Assembly (NCBI GenBank): GCA_963709425.1
Contig: CAVPWG010000002.1
Location: 65,372 to 129,371 of the forward strand
Length of the DNA stretch: 64,000 bases
Origin: an uncultured Actinomycetes bacterium
Lineage (GTDB): Bacteria; Actinomycetota; Thermoleophilia; Gaiellales; JAICJC01
Direction of reading: 5' to 3'
How positions within the stretch are numbered: position 1 is the first letter of the stretch; each line of letters starts with the position of its first letter. Position numbers and translations under genes: made by a program. The notes below the pieces were generated by a model. That model was not told the origin of the DNA, did not search any database, and saw nothing but the letters and a program-made list of their open reading frames with translations. Shown in pieces: positions 46,337 through 55,446 of the stretch.

Positions 46337-47195
46337 CCCGGACGAGGACGTCGGCAGGATGCTCGACGCACCCGCGCGACCTACGAGCACCAGTCGCGTC
46401 CGCGTCCTGAACGTCCGGGACGGCGCCCGCAGCCGACGGTCTGACCGGCTCGCGACTGAGGAGCCGATGGAGATCCGCGTCGACGAGCCGGGCGGCGCCC
46501 AGCGCACCGTCGCGGTGACGATGCGGACGCCGGGGCACGACTTCGAGCTCGCCGCCGGCTTTCTCTTCACGGAGGGGATCATCGGCCCGGCGGACCTCCG
46601 CGGCGTTCGCTACTGCGACGTCCCCCGTGAGGAGCAGCACTACAACGTCGTCACCGTGGCGGTGGGTCGGCCGCTGCCGGATCTCGCAGCTCGCAGCTTT
46701 TACACCACGTCGAGCTGCGGCGTCTGCGGAAAGGCGTCGCTCGAGGCGCTCGACGTCCAATGCGCGCCGGTGGCACCCGGGCCGGTCGTCGAGCCGGAGC
46801 TCCTCACCTCGCTCCCGGACGAGCTGCGCCGCGTGCAGCGGGTCTTCGACCGCACCGGCGGCCTGCACGCCGCGGCGCTGTTCGACGCCGACGGGGCGCT
46901 GCGGAGCTCGCGTGAGGACGTCGGCCGCCACAACGCCGTGGACAAGGTCGTCGGGGCCGAGCTGATGGCCGGATCCCTGCCGCTGTCGGACCGCGTCCTT
47001 CTCGTCTCGGGGCGGGCCAGCTTCGAGATCGTCCAGAAGGCCGCGGTGGCCGGCATCCCGATCGTCTGCGCCGTCTCGGCCCCGTCCAGCCTGGCGGTCG
47101 ACGCCGCGCGCCGGTTCGGGGTCACGCTGGTGGGCTTCCTCCGCGAGCAGCGGTTCAACGTCTACACCCACTCCGAGCGCATCGCCGGCTCGTAA
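46326..47195 (+). CDS. fdhD: Formate dehydrogenase accessory sulfurtransferase FdhD
   Basis: MRTPGHDFELAAGFLFTEGI, SSCGVCGKAS, GGLHAAALF and VGRHNAVDKVVG are present. Confidence 0.85.
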   Translation: MAHDPDEDVGRMLDAPARPTSTSRVRVLNVRDGARSRRSDRLATEEPMEIRVDEPGGAQRTVAVTMRTPGHDFELAAGFLFTEGIIGPADLRGVRYCDVPREEQHYNVVTVAVGRPLPDLAARSFYTTSSCGVCGKASLEALDVQCAPVAPGPVVEPELLTSLPDELRRVQRVFDRTGGLHAAALFDADGALRSSREDVGRHNAVDKVVGAELMAGSLPLSDRVLLVSGRASFEIVQKAAVAGIPIVCAVSAPSSLAVDAARRFGVTLVGFLREQRFNVYTHSERIAGS

Positions 47196-47246
47196 CCACC
47201 GTTAAGTGCGGGTGCGCCGACGCGCTCGAGATTCGCGGGCCCTCGC

Positions 47247-47951
47247 TCACGTCGGCATCACCGCGGGATCGCGCAGCCGGTACCCGACGCCGGTCAGCGT
47301 CTCGATGGCGTCGCGCGGGATGCCGCCGGCCTCGAGCTTGTCGCGCAGGCGCCCCATGTGGGTGCGGAGGAGCTGCATCTCCTGGGCGTAGCCGGGGCCC
47401 CAGACCTTGCGGAGGAGCATCTCGTGGGTGAGGGGCCGTCCGGCTGCCAGCGCCAGCTCCTTCAGCAGGTCGAACTCCGTCGGCGTCAGGTGAATCTCGG
47501 CTCCGGCGACCGTGACGACGCGGCGGGGCAGGTCGATCGAGAGCCGGCCCACCTCGACGACCTGGTCCCCGGGGGCTGCGCCGTCGGAGCGGCGCAGGAG
47601 GGCCCGCACCCGGGCCAGGAGCTCGCCCACCCCGAACGGCTTGGTCAGATAGTCGTCGGCGCCCGCGTCGAGCGCCCGGATCTTGTCGGGCTCGTCCTGC
47701 ACCGCCGAGATCAGGAGGATCGGCGCGGTCAGCCAGTCGCGCAGCTCGGCGCACACGTCGGCTCCGTCTCCGTCGGGCAGCATGAGGTCCAGAATCACGA
47801 GGTCGGGGGGCGAGAGCGCCGCTGCCGTGAGCGTCTCGGCTGCCCCACCGGCGGTCGCGACCCGGTAGCCGGCCTTCGTCAGTGTCACCTCGAGGGCCCG
47901 CCGGATCGGGCGCTCGTCGTCGACGACGAGGATCAGCGGCTCGCCGCTCAC
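47247..47951 (-). CDS. kdpE: OmpR-family response regulator (KdpE-like)
   Basis: A receiver domain (ILVVDDERPIRR...LDLMLPDGDG) is joined to a winged-helix output domain (LTPTEFDLLKELA...VGYRL). It is coupled to the kinase gene (GTGA). Confidence 0.75.
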   Translation of the reverse strand: MSGEPLILVVDDERPIRRALEVTLTKAGYRVATAGGAAETLTAAALSPPDLVILDLMLPDGDGADVCAELRDWLTAPILLISAVQDEPDKIRALDAGADDYLTKPFGVGELLARVRALLRRSDGAAPGDQVVEVGRLSIDLPRRVVTVAGAEIHLTPTEFDLLKELALAAGRPLTHEMLLRKVWGPGYAQEMQLLRTHMGRLRDKLEAGGIPRDAIETLTGVGYRLRDPAVMPT

Positions 47952-49390
47952 TCCTCCACCTCATCCCGAGCCGCCGGGAGCTCGAGGACGAACGTGCTCC
48001 CCGCGCCGTCCGTCGCGGGCGAGAGCCGAAGGACCCCGCCGTTGGCGGCTGCAAGCCCGCGGGCGATGGCGAGGCCGAGGCCTGATCCGGGCATGTCGCG
48101 CGTCCGGCCGCCGCGGGCGAACGGCTCGAAGATCCGCTCTGCGTCCTCGGACGCGACGCCCGGCCCATGGTCCCGTACCGCGATCTCGACGACGTCCCCT
48201 CGCGGCCCGACGCGCACATCGACCGTCTGGTCGGCGCGCGAGAACTTGAGCGCGTTCTCGACGACGTTCACCACGACACGCTGAAGCTGCGGCCCGTCGC
48301 CGCGCACCAGCGGCACGTCGGCGGCGACCGCGACCCGGATGCGTGTCTGCGGCTCGCCGCGGAAGAGCTCGGCGACGGCCGCCTCCACGAGCTCGCGCGG
48401 GTCGAGCCAGTCGGGGGCGGGCGGAAGCGCGCCGGCGTTCAGGCGGGACAGGTCGAGCAGGTTCTCGATCATGCGGCTCATCCTGCCGCTCTCGGCTCCG
48501 ATCGTGTCGAGGAGCTCCTGTTCGTCGTCGTCGAGAGCCGCGAAGCGCAGGCCGCCGGAAGCAGCGGCGATCGCCTGGAGCGGGGAGCGCAGGTCGTGCG
48601 AGACGGCCCGCAGGAGCGCCGTCTTCAGCTCGTCGGAGCGCAGGAGCGCCTCCGCGTTCACCTGCTCGCGCATCCGCCGCTCGCGCTCCTCGCCAAGCGC
48701 GATCAGGCCGGCGAGCTGGCGCGCGACCCGGGCCGAGGCGGGCAAGGACAGCAGCTCCGGGCCACCGCCCGAGAGCCGGAGCTCGCCGATCAGGCGCCCG
48801 TTCAGCTCGAGCGGCAGGGCGTTGGCACCGCCCGTGGCCGCCGGGCCACGGACGATGATGCCGCTCTCGGCGCCGAGCGTCTGCGCGGCCTCGTCGCCGA
48901 GGCCGGCCAGCGCGTCGTCGAGGTTGGCCGCCGTGGCGATCGCGGTCGCAAGGCGCTCCCCGAGCCGAGCTTCCTCGGCCCGGCGGGCGGCCTCCTCGCG
49001 GCCGCGGCGCTCCCTGGCGGCGAGGTCGCTCGTCACGACTGCGGTCACGGCGAATGCGGCCAGCGCGAGCCAGTCGCTCGACGAATTGATGACGAGCGTG
49101 TGCCTGGGCGGCAGGAAGAAGAAGTTGAATGCCAGCGCCGAGGCGAGGCTGGTCGCGAGCCCCCACCACAGGCCGTAGATCGACGAAACCGCCAGCACGG
49201 CGAGGAGGTAGAACACGCCCGCCGAGCGGACGGGCACACTCGGGGTCACGGCGGCGACGAAGGCGGTCGAGGCCGCCACGAGGGCGGCCGAGACGACGAG
49301 CGCGGAAACCCGCGACGACCGCGCGGCCCGGGGGCGCACGGCGGCCAGGATGTCGGTCTTGAGCCGCCCGTCGGTGCGGGTTGCGGCCAT
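47948..49390 (-). CDS. Sensor histidine kinase, KdpD C-terminal type (DUF4118 membrane domain, GAF-like, HisKA, HATPase); lacks the KdpD N-terminal/Usp domains
   Basis: FNFFFLPPRHTL, the H-box AVSHDLRSPL, the N-box NVVENALKFS and the G-boxes DHGPGV and GSGLGLAI are present. The start is ATG 49390. Confidence 0.75.
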   Translation of the reverse strand: MAATRTDGRLKTDILAAVRPRAARSSRVSALVVSAALVAASTAFVAAVTPSVPVRSAGVFYLLAVLAVSSIYGLWWGLATSLASALAFNFFFLPPRHTLVINSSSDWLALAAFAVTAVVTSDLAARERRGREEAARRAEEARLGERLATAIATAANLDDALAGLGDEAAQTLGAESGIIVRGPAATGGANALPLELNGRLIGELRLSGGGPELLSLPASARVARQLAGLIALGEERERRMREQVNAEALLRSDELKTALLRAVSHDLRSPLQAIAAASGGLRFAALDDDEQELLDTIGAESGRMSRMIENLLDLSRLNAGALPPAPDWLDPRELVEAAVAELFRGEPQTRIRVAVAADVPLVRGDGPQLQRVVVNVVENALKFSRADQTVDVRVGPRGDVVEIAVRDHGPGVASEDAERIFEPFARGGRTRDMPGSGLGLAIARGLAAANGGVLRLSPATDGAGSTFVLELPAARDEVEE

Positions 49391-49415
49391 ACCGGGATTC
49401 TCGCAGGTGGCGGCG

Positions 49416-50144
49416 TCAGCCGGAGCGGCGCAGGAGACGCCGCCACGGCGTCTCTTCGACGCGCTCGACGACCAGCGAGCGCCGCACCGACGCAATGTCG
49501 AGAGGCGCTCCGGTCGACACGTCGCTCCTGGCGCTCGCGATCCGCTCGACGAGCTCGGCCAGCTCCCGGGTGGGGACCGCGAACACGCATTCCGCGATGA
49601 CCGAGCCGTTCACGACGCGCGACGACGACACCCTGACCGTCGTCTCGAGCGGCTCGGCGAAGAACCGAGCCCGCAGGAACAGGCGATCGCCGCGGCGCAG
49701 AAGGCGTGTGGTCCGGAACGTGACTCCCAGGCGTGACAGGTCGATGATCGTGCCGTCGACGGTATCGCCGTCGACGACGTCCTGGCAGTAGATCGCGGTC
49801 AGCCGGCCAGGGCGCTGAAGGGTCTGACGACCGGCGAGGACGATCGTCTCGGCCCCCTCCTCGGAGACGTCGACCGCTCGCAGCCGAACGCGTGCGTCGT
49901 TCGCAGTCTCGAGCACCGCGCGCTCGCAGAGCATGGTGACGCGATACCTGCGCCCGCCGACGACGACCCGACCGGCGAGCTCCATGCCGCCGACGATCCG
50001 CATCCGGTCGGCGGTCCCAGTGAGCTCTGCCCCAAACGTGCGGGTGATCGCGACCGTGAGCGTGCCGCCGATATCACGCTCGAAATCGGCGCTCCCGGTA
50101 CGCGACAGCAGTTCGACTGCCCTCTCAAGCGACGGCTGACTCAT
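49416..50144 (-). CDS. PilZ-domain protein
   Basis: The C-terminal half carries RQTLQR ... GTIIDLSRLG (RxxxR and DxSxxG). Confidence 0.55.
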   Translation of the reverse strand: MSQPSLERAVELLSRTGSADFERDIGGTLTVAITRTFGAELTGTADRMRIVGGMELAGRVVVGGRRYRVTMLCERAVLETANDARVRLRAVDVSEEGAETIVLAGRQTLQRPGRLTAIYCQDVVDGDTVDGTIIDLSRLGVTFRTTRLLRRGDRLFLRARFFAEPLETTVRVSSSRVVNGSVIAECVFAVPTRELAELVERIASARSDVSTGAPLDIASVRRSLVVERVEETPWRRLLRRSG

Positions 50145-50258
50145 TCCCCCACCCCCACAATCGATTCCGGCCAAAACCGTCAGAAAGTGGACACCCAGGC
50201 GGGGGAACGTCCCGACGTGAACCGTCGGCTCGTACGGAAGCCCGGTACGCTATCGGCC

Positions 50259-50651
50259 ATGCCGGAGATCGAGCGTCGCCAGCAGCCGTCAGGGCGGCGC
50301 GCCTTCGACGAGATCGGCGATGCGACACGGCGGACGCGCCTCGCCAACGAGCGCACCTACCTGGCGTGGTGGCGAACGGGCCTGACGGCACTCGCGGTGA
50401 GCCTTGCCGCCGGGCGGGTGGTGCCGACCATCTCGCACGGGACGCCGTGGCCGTACGAGCTGGCGGGCGCAGGGTTCGCCGTGCTCGGCGTCCTCTGCAT
50501 CGTGACCGGCTACCAGCGCGAGCGCGAGATCGACCGCGCTCTGAGGGAGGGCCGCTTCGCGGCGCTCGACACGCGGATCAACCTCATCCTGACCGCGGCC
50601 GGCGTGGTGCTCGGCGTCATCACATTAGCGTTGATCGTCGTGAATCCGTGA
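50259..50651 (+). CDS. DUF202 (YidH-like) membrane protein
   Basis: RTRLANERTYLAWWRTGLTALAVSLA is followed by two further TM segments. Confidence 0.7.
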   Translation: MPEIERRQQPSGRRAFDEIGDATRRTRLANERTYLAWWRTGLTALAVSLAAGRVVPTISHGTPWPYELAGAGFAVLGVLCIVTGYQREREIDRALREGRFAALDTRINLILTAAGVVLGVITLALIVVNP

Positions 50652-51561
50652 CCGGCACGCCGGCCTCGCTGAGAACGTCGCGCAGCATGAGCGCGTTGGT
50701 GGGCGCCTGCGCGATCGGCGCGCCGCCGTCGCCGGCGCTGCGGCCGTTGTTGTTGAACATCACGAATGCCCGCTCCGAGAGCGTCGAGAGCTGCCGCAGC
50801 GGCTCTGACCACTCGCTCAGCTCCTCGGTCGAGTAGAGGTAGTCGAAGCGCTCGGCCGCGCTCCCGCCGCGGTGGTTCCACGTCGCGGCGTTTCGTCCGT
50901 GCAGGCGCAGGTAGGCGGTCGGAGTGGTTGCGCCGACCACGGTCGGCACCAGGTTCTTGGCCTCGGTTCGCGGCGCATCGACCATGACGTACGTCGCTCC
51001 GCGGCGCTCGAGGAACGCCAGCGTCTCGGCCTTGGCGTCGTCCTCCAGCCAGCTGCGGTGGCGGAACTCGACGAGCATCTCGTCGCCGCCGAGCTGCTCC
51101 TGGGCCCACTCGATGTACTCGAGCGACGCCGGCTTCATCACCACGTAGGGCGGGAACTGCATGAGGATCCCGCCGAGCTTCCCGGTCCCGCGGAGAGGCT
51201 CGAGCGCGGCCCGGAAGCGGTCGAACACCTCGGCCCGGAGCTCGCGGGAGGGGTGATCGACCCGGCCCCGGTGGTCCACCTCGACCTCCCCGCGCAGATC
51301 GGGCGGAAGCTGATCGGCCTTCACGGGATGGCGAGTCATCATGCCGAACGCCTTGACGTGGAAGACGAATCCGTCGGGCGTCCTGCGGGCCCAGGCGGCG
51401 GCGGCCTCGGCCGTGGGGATCGCGTAGTAGCTCGAGTTCACCTCGACCGTGTCGAAGAGCTCGGCGTAGTGGCGCAGGCGGCCCTCGGCGCTCCGCACGG
51501 TGCGGGGGTACCACGTCTTGACGAGCGACTCGTCCGCCCACGAGCAGGTGCCGATGCGCAC
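50620..51561 (-). CDS. DUF72-family protein
   Basis: VRIGTCSWADESLVKTWYP...YAELFDTVEVNSSYYAIP is present. GTG 51561 lies just after the rhodanese stop. Confidence 0.75.
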   Translation of the reverse strand: MRIGTCSWADESLVKTWYPRTVRSAEGRLRHYAELFDTVEVNSSYYAIPTAEAAAAWARRTPDGFVFHVKAFGMMTRHPVKADQLPPDLRGEVEVDHRGRVDHPSRELRAEVFDRFRAALEPLRGTGKLGGILMQFPPYVVMKPASLEYIEWAQEQLGGDEMLVEFRHRSWLEDDAKAETLAFLERRGATYVMVDAPRTEAKNLVPTVVGATTPTAYLRLHGRNAATWNHRGGSAAERFDYLYSTEELSEWSEPLRQLSTLSERAFVMFNNNGRSAGDGGAPIAQAPTNALMLRDVLSEAGVPVTDSRRSTLM

Positions 51562-51569
51562 TGTCGCCG

Positions 51570-51899
51570 TCAGAGCACGTACCCCCCGTCGGGCTCGAGC
51601 GGATGCGAGGCGGACGCCCAGGCGAAAAGGCCCCCGCGCAGGTTCGCGACGTCGTAGCCGGCGCCGTGGAGCGCGTCGGCGGCGTAGCCGGAGCGAGAGC
51701 CGGTGCGGCACACGATCACCATGCGCCGGTCGCGCGGGAGCTCGGCAACGCGACCGCCGAGCTCGCCCAGCGGGATCAGGACGGCGCCGGAGATGTGACC
51801 CGCGTCCCATTCGACCTGCTCGCGGACGTCGACGACGAGCGCTCCTGCCGAGATCTCCTCCGCGGCGTCCGCGGCGGCGATCTCGGGGGCGGGCTCCAT
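51570..51899 (-). CDS. Rhodanese-domain sulfurtransferase
   Basis: LVVDVREQVEWDAGHISGAVLIP and the active-site loop VCRTGSRS are present. Confidence 0.8.
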   Translation of the reverse strand: MEPAPEIAAADAAEEISAGALVVDVREQVEWDAGHISGAVLIPLGELGGRVAELPRDRRMVIVCRTGSRSGYAADALHGAGYDVANLRGGLFAWASASHPLEPDGGYVL

Positions 51900-51909
51900 G
51901 TGCCGAACT

Positions 51910-52962
51910 CTACGCGGGCCCGGGCTGGGTGGCGCCGACGTACGTGTCCTGGAACCAGCTCGTGGAGAGCTTGGCGATCCGGACGAAGTCGCCGGTGTGC
52001 GGCGCGTGAACGACATAGCCGTGACCGATGTAGATGGCCACGTGGCCGAGCTTGTGGAAGAAGACCAGGTCGCCCGGCTGGAGCTGCGCCTGATTCTTGA
52101 TCCACACCGGTCCCATGTGGAACTGCGAGGCGGCGAAGTGCGGGATCGTGTAGCCGTGCCTCGCCCAGAGCCAGCTGACGAGGCCCGAGCAGTCGAAGCC
52201 GTCGGGTGACGCTCCGCCCCACACGTACGGGACGCCGATCTGCTTCAACGCCTCGAGTGCGATCTGGTCACGAAGCTCCTGGCCAGGATCGGCGGCGTCG
52301 GCGGTCAGCGCGTCCTCGAGCCACTTGTGCGCATTGAGCGCGAGCTGGCCCTGGCCGATCTGGTCGGCGGCCTCGATGACCCTGACCTGCTGGCCGAGCT
52401 CGTGCTCGAGCCGCTGCCTGCGCCGCAGCTCGTGGCGGATCTGGCGGCGCTTCTCTGCGAGCCTGCGCTCGGCGATCCGCGACTTCTGGCGGTCGATGAC
52501 GAGCAGCTCGCGCTCGTGCGCGATCGCTGCGCGGGCGGCGGCGATCGCCTCGACGGTGTCGCTGACCGCGGTGTCCACCTGGCGGCTCAGATCCATGCCG
52601 TTCGTGATCTGCGAGAGCGAGGAGGAGTCCAGGACGATCTCGATCGTGCGCGGGTCGCCGCCCTTGTACTGCTCGATCAGGAGCTGGGCGAGGTTTCGCT
52701 GCTGGCGCTCGAGCTCGGCCTGCTCGGCCTGGAGCCGTGCCGTTGCGGCGCGGATCTCGCGCTGCAGCACGTGCAGGTGCCAGCGGACCTGGTCGTACCG
52801 CTCGGTGAGGAGCTCGATGCGCGAGTCGAGCGCTCGCATCTGGGCGCGCACGCGGGCGTACTGCGCCCGCTTCTTCTGAAGGAGCGTGTCAGCAGACGCC
52901 GTGCCCGCGAGGACGGAGGCGCACAGGACGAGCCCGGCCGCGAGGACGAGCGTCCGCGACAT
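51910..52962 (-). CDS. Secreted NlpC/P60 (C40) peptidoglycan endopeptidase with a long coiled-coil N-terminal domain (RipA-like architecture)
   Basis: A signal peptide (LVLAAGLVLCASVLAGTASA) precedes heptad-rich sequence, then GVPYVWGGASPDGFDCSGLVSW...GHVAIYIG...HAP. Confidence 0.85.
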   Translation of the reverse strand: MSRTLVLAAGLVLCASVLAGTASADTLLQKKRAQYARVRAQMRALDSRIELLTERYDQVRWHLHVLQREIRAATARLQAEQAELERQQRNLAQLLIEQYKGGDPRTIEIVLDSSSLSQITNGMDLSRQVDTAVSDTVEAIAAARAAIAHERELLVIDRQKSRIAERRLAEKRRQIRHELRRRQRLEHELGQQVRVIEAADQIGQGQLALNAHKWLEDALTADAADPGQELRDQIALEALKQIGVPYVWGGASPDGFDCSGLVSWLWARHGYTIPHFAASQFHMGPVWIKNQAQLQPGDLVFFHKLGHVAIYIGHGYVVHAPHTGDFVRIAKLSTSWFQDTYVGATQPGPA

Positions 52963-53060
52963 TCGCAAACGTAACCCATACATCACTACCAGCGTCGGCA
53001 AAGATCCGGAAAACTTGAGAGGACTCAAGGGTTGGGGGCATCCCGCCGACAACGTTTTCT

Positions 53061-53399
53061 ATGCAGATCACCGTCTCCTGTCACACCTGCGCGGGTGAGA
53101 AGCGCCCGTTGAGCCCGTGCCCGTGGTGCGCGTCCCAGCCCGCCGCCGACGTCGAGGTCGCCGAGTGGCGCTCGGCGCTTCATGCCGAGTCGCTCGCCCG
53201 GATCACCGCCGAGCCGCGCCGCGGGCCGGCTCCGGTCGTGAGCCTGCCGACGCCGATTCAGGTGGTCGTGACGGTCGGCGGCGTCGCGCTGCGCCAGGCC
53301 GATCCCATCTTCTCGGACGCCGTCGTCCCGGCCGCCGACCCGCTCTCGTTCGACTGGAACGAGGACACGGGTCTGCGCCGCCTGCGCCGCACGGCCTGA
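53061..53399 (+). CDS. Hypothetical protein with an N-terminal zinc-ribbon (CHTC...CPWC)
   Basis: The tracked ORF has a coding-like third-position bias. Confidence 0.45.
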   Translation: MQITVSCHTCAGEKRPLSPCPWCASQPAADVEVAEWRSALHAESLARITAEPRRGPAPVVSLPTPIQVVVTVGGVALRQADPIFSDAVVPAADPLSFDWNEDTGLRRLRRTA

Positions 53400-53404
53400 G
53401 CCGT

Positions 53405-53953
53405 CTAGCGCAGATCGAGCAGCGCGGCGGGCAGGTCCAGCCGCTCGACCGCGACGCCGTGCCGCGCCGCCTCGGCGAGCAGCTCCGCGTACACCTCGGC
53501 CTCGCCCGGGTCTGACGGCGCCCAGTCGTTCAGGTACCGCACGCGGCTCACGCCGGCCTGGTAGGCCTCCTTGAGGCAGCCGAAGCACGGGCGCAGCGTC
53601 GTGTAGAGGTGCGCCCCCTGGACGGAGTAGCCGAGCTTGGCGGCCTGGAGGATGGCGTTCTGCTCCGCGTGGACGCAGATGCAGACGTCGTACCCGCGGC
53701 CGGGCAGATAGTCCGCCGGGTTGGCGCACCGGTGGCAGCCGCCCTCGTCGCAGTTCGGAAATCCGGTGGGCGTGCCGTTGTAGCCGGTGGCGATGATCCG
53801 CTGGTCGGACACCAGCACCGCGCCGACGTGGCGGCCCAGGCATGCGGCCCGCTCGCGGGTCGCCACGGCGAGCAGCATGAAGTACTGCTCGGGCGTGGGG
53901 CGCACGGCCGCCCGGCGGGCGTCGGCGCGATCCGCGGTCCGGGTCGGCTCCAT
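53405..53953 (-). CDS. dCMP/cytidine deaminase-family protein (ComEB-like)
   Basis: VHAEQNAI and the PCFGCLKE zinc motifs are present, with an extra CHRC insertion. Confidence 0.8.
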   Translation of the reverse strand: MEPTRTADRADARRAAVRPTPEQYFMLLAVATRERAACLGRHVGAVLVSDQRIIATGYNGTPTGFPNCDEGGCHRCANPADYLPGRGYDVCICVHAEQNAILQAAKLGYSVQGAHLYTTLRPCFGCLKEAYQAGVSRVRYLNDWAPSDPGEAEVYAELLAEAARHGVAVERLDLPAALLDLR

Positions 53954-54153
53954 GCCTGCAGCGTACCGGCGCGAGGAAGTGTGCCGCGGGCACGTGTGGG
54001 CTCCTGACGTGCGAGGGTCAGGCACATGCCCGCGGCAATTCCAGTGTCTGCCAATCTGAGCCGAGGTCAACCCCGGATAATTGATGGAGAACGGGTTGAC
54101 CTCCACGGGCCCAGCCGGGAGCATGGACATGACAGGTTCCGGGGAGGTCGGAG

Positions 54154-54615
54154 ATGGGGCACGGCGCGCAGAGCAGACCACGTTGGCCACGGCTCGTCAC
54201 AGCCGGCGTCGCCGCGCTGGCGGTGCTCGCCGTGCCGTCGGCCGCCCAGGCGGGCGGATCGATCCTCAGCGTCAGCCCGCACCACCTCAAGTTCGGGCGA
54301 CAGCCGGTCGGAAGCTTCACCACGCGCACGGTGACGATCCGCAACCGGTCGTCCCGCACGCTGTTCGTGACGATCACTGACCAGTCGCCCGACGACTTCT
54401 CGCCCGGCCAGCCGGGGTCGACCTGCTTTCTCTCGTTCACCGTGAACGTGCTCAGCCCAGGCGACCGGTGCACGATGATCATCGGGTTCGAGCCGGCGCC
54501 GCCGTTCAGCGGCCTCGAGCGAGCCGACATGACGGTCACGGCTGCGAACTCCGCGGGGAAGATCCTGCGCACCCGGCACGTCCGGATCACCGGCGTCGGC
54601 GTTTCCGCATCCTGA
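54154..54615 (+). CDS. Secreted Ig-like/beta-sandwich protein
   Basis: A signal peptide (AALAVLAVPSAAQA) is followed by the pattern LKFGRQPVGSFTTRTVTIRNRSSRTLFV. Confidence 0.6.
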   Translation: MGHGAQSRPRWPRLVTAGVAALAVLAVPSAAQAGGSILSVSPHHLKFGRQPVGSFTTRTVTIRNRSSRTLFVTITDQSPDDFSPGQPGSTCFLSFTVNVLSPGDRCTMIIGFEPAPPFSGLERADMTVTAANSAGKILRTRHVRITGVGVSAS

Positions 54616-54744
54616 CTCGCGCCGGCACCGGCGCATGCCACGCCGCAGGAATGGGTAATGTTGGCGTTGGAGTGGGAATTTCTAGGAGATCTGCCCGGGT
54701 CGGCCACATGGGTAGGGGGCGCCGGCCCGGAGAAGGAGGGGTGG

Positions 54745-54999
54745 ATGACCGACCAGGCGCAGATTCGACGTGACCCGCTTGTAGAGCACGCCGTTCCGCT
54801 CGTCGCCAAGGCGATGTTCCTCGCCGACGACGCGAACGACCTGTGGGAGTACTTCCGCGACAGGGTGGACGCCGAGCGGCACCGGATCGTGGAGGACGCG
54901 ATCCGAGAGGCGCTCGAGCCGCTGGAGGAACGCTTCGCGATGGACGCGGTTGCGCGCGTGGCGGCGACGATGGCGGCGGAGCGGGCGCGCGACGAGTAG
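54745..54999 (+). CDS. Hypothetical protein (84 aa, helical, acidic)
   Basis: GAAGGAGGGG precedes ATG 54745. Confidence 0.5.
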   Translation: MTDQAQIRRDPLVEHAVPLVAKAMFLADDANDLWEYFRDRVDAERHRIVEDAIREALEPLEERFAMDAVARVAATMAAERARDE

Positions 55000-55026
55000 C
55001 CCCGACTCGGCGGCGTGGACGGACGA

Positions 55027-55099
55027 GTGGGCGGTGACGGGATCGAACCGCCGACCCCCTGCGTGTAAGGCAGGTGCTCTCCCAGCTGAGCTAACCGCC
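55027..55099 (-). tRNA. tRNA-Val (anticodon TAC)
   Basis: Hand-folded as GGGCGGT TA GCTC AGCTGGGA GAGC A CCTGC CTTACAC GCAGG GGGTC GGCGG TTCGATC CCGTC ACCGCCC A. Confidence 0.9.
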
Positions 55100-55177
55100 C
55101 GGCCCGGACCAGTCTACCGGCGCCCACTCCGGCGCTGATGCGCGGATGGACGCCGGCGGACGAAAGAGGTCGCGCCC

Positions 55178-55339
55178 CTAGAGGGAGGCGATGACGTTGT
55201 TCAGCAGGCTCGAGATCGCGGTCGAGAGCAGGCCGAGCGTCACGACGACGGCGATGGTGATGACGCCGAGGACGACGGCGTACTCGGCCATCGTCTGGCC
55301 GGACTCGTCGGTGGTGCGAAGGAACGAAAGAGCGGACAC
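55178..55339 (-). CDS. flp: Flp/Fap-family type IVb prepilin
   Basis: It is 53 aa long, with DESGQTMAEYAVVLGVITIAVVV (a G/xxxxEY processing motif plus a hydrophobic stretch). GTG 55339 has GGAG upstream. Confidence 0.7.
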   Translation of the reverse strand: MSALSFLRTTDESGQTMAEYAVVLGVITIAVVVTLGLLSTAISSLLNNVIASL

Positions 55340-55446
55340 GTAGGGCTCCGATCGTGGGGGGTCGCTGCGGCCCAGATGGCCGCGTGTGTCCCAATGATCC
55401 GAGCGTTCGGCCCCCCGTCCTATCACCCGAAAGGGTGGACGCCTGG

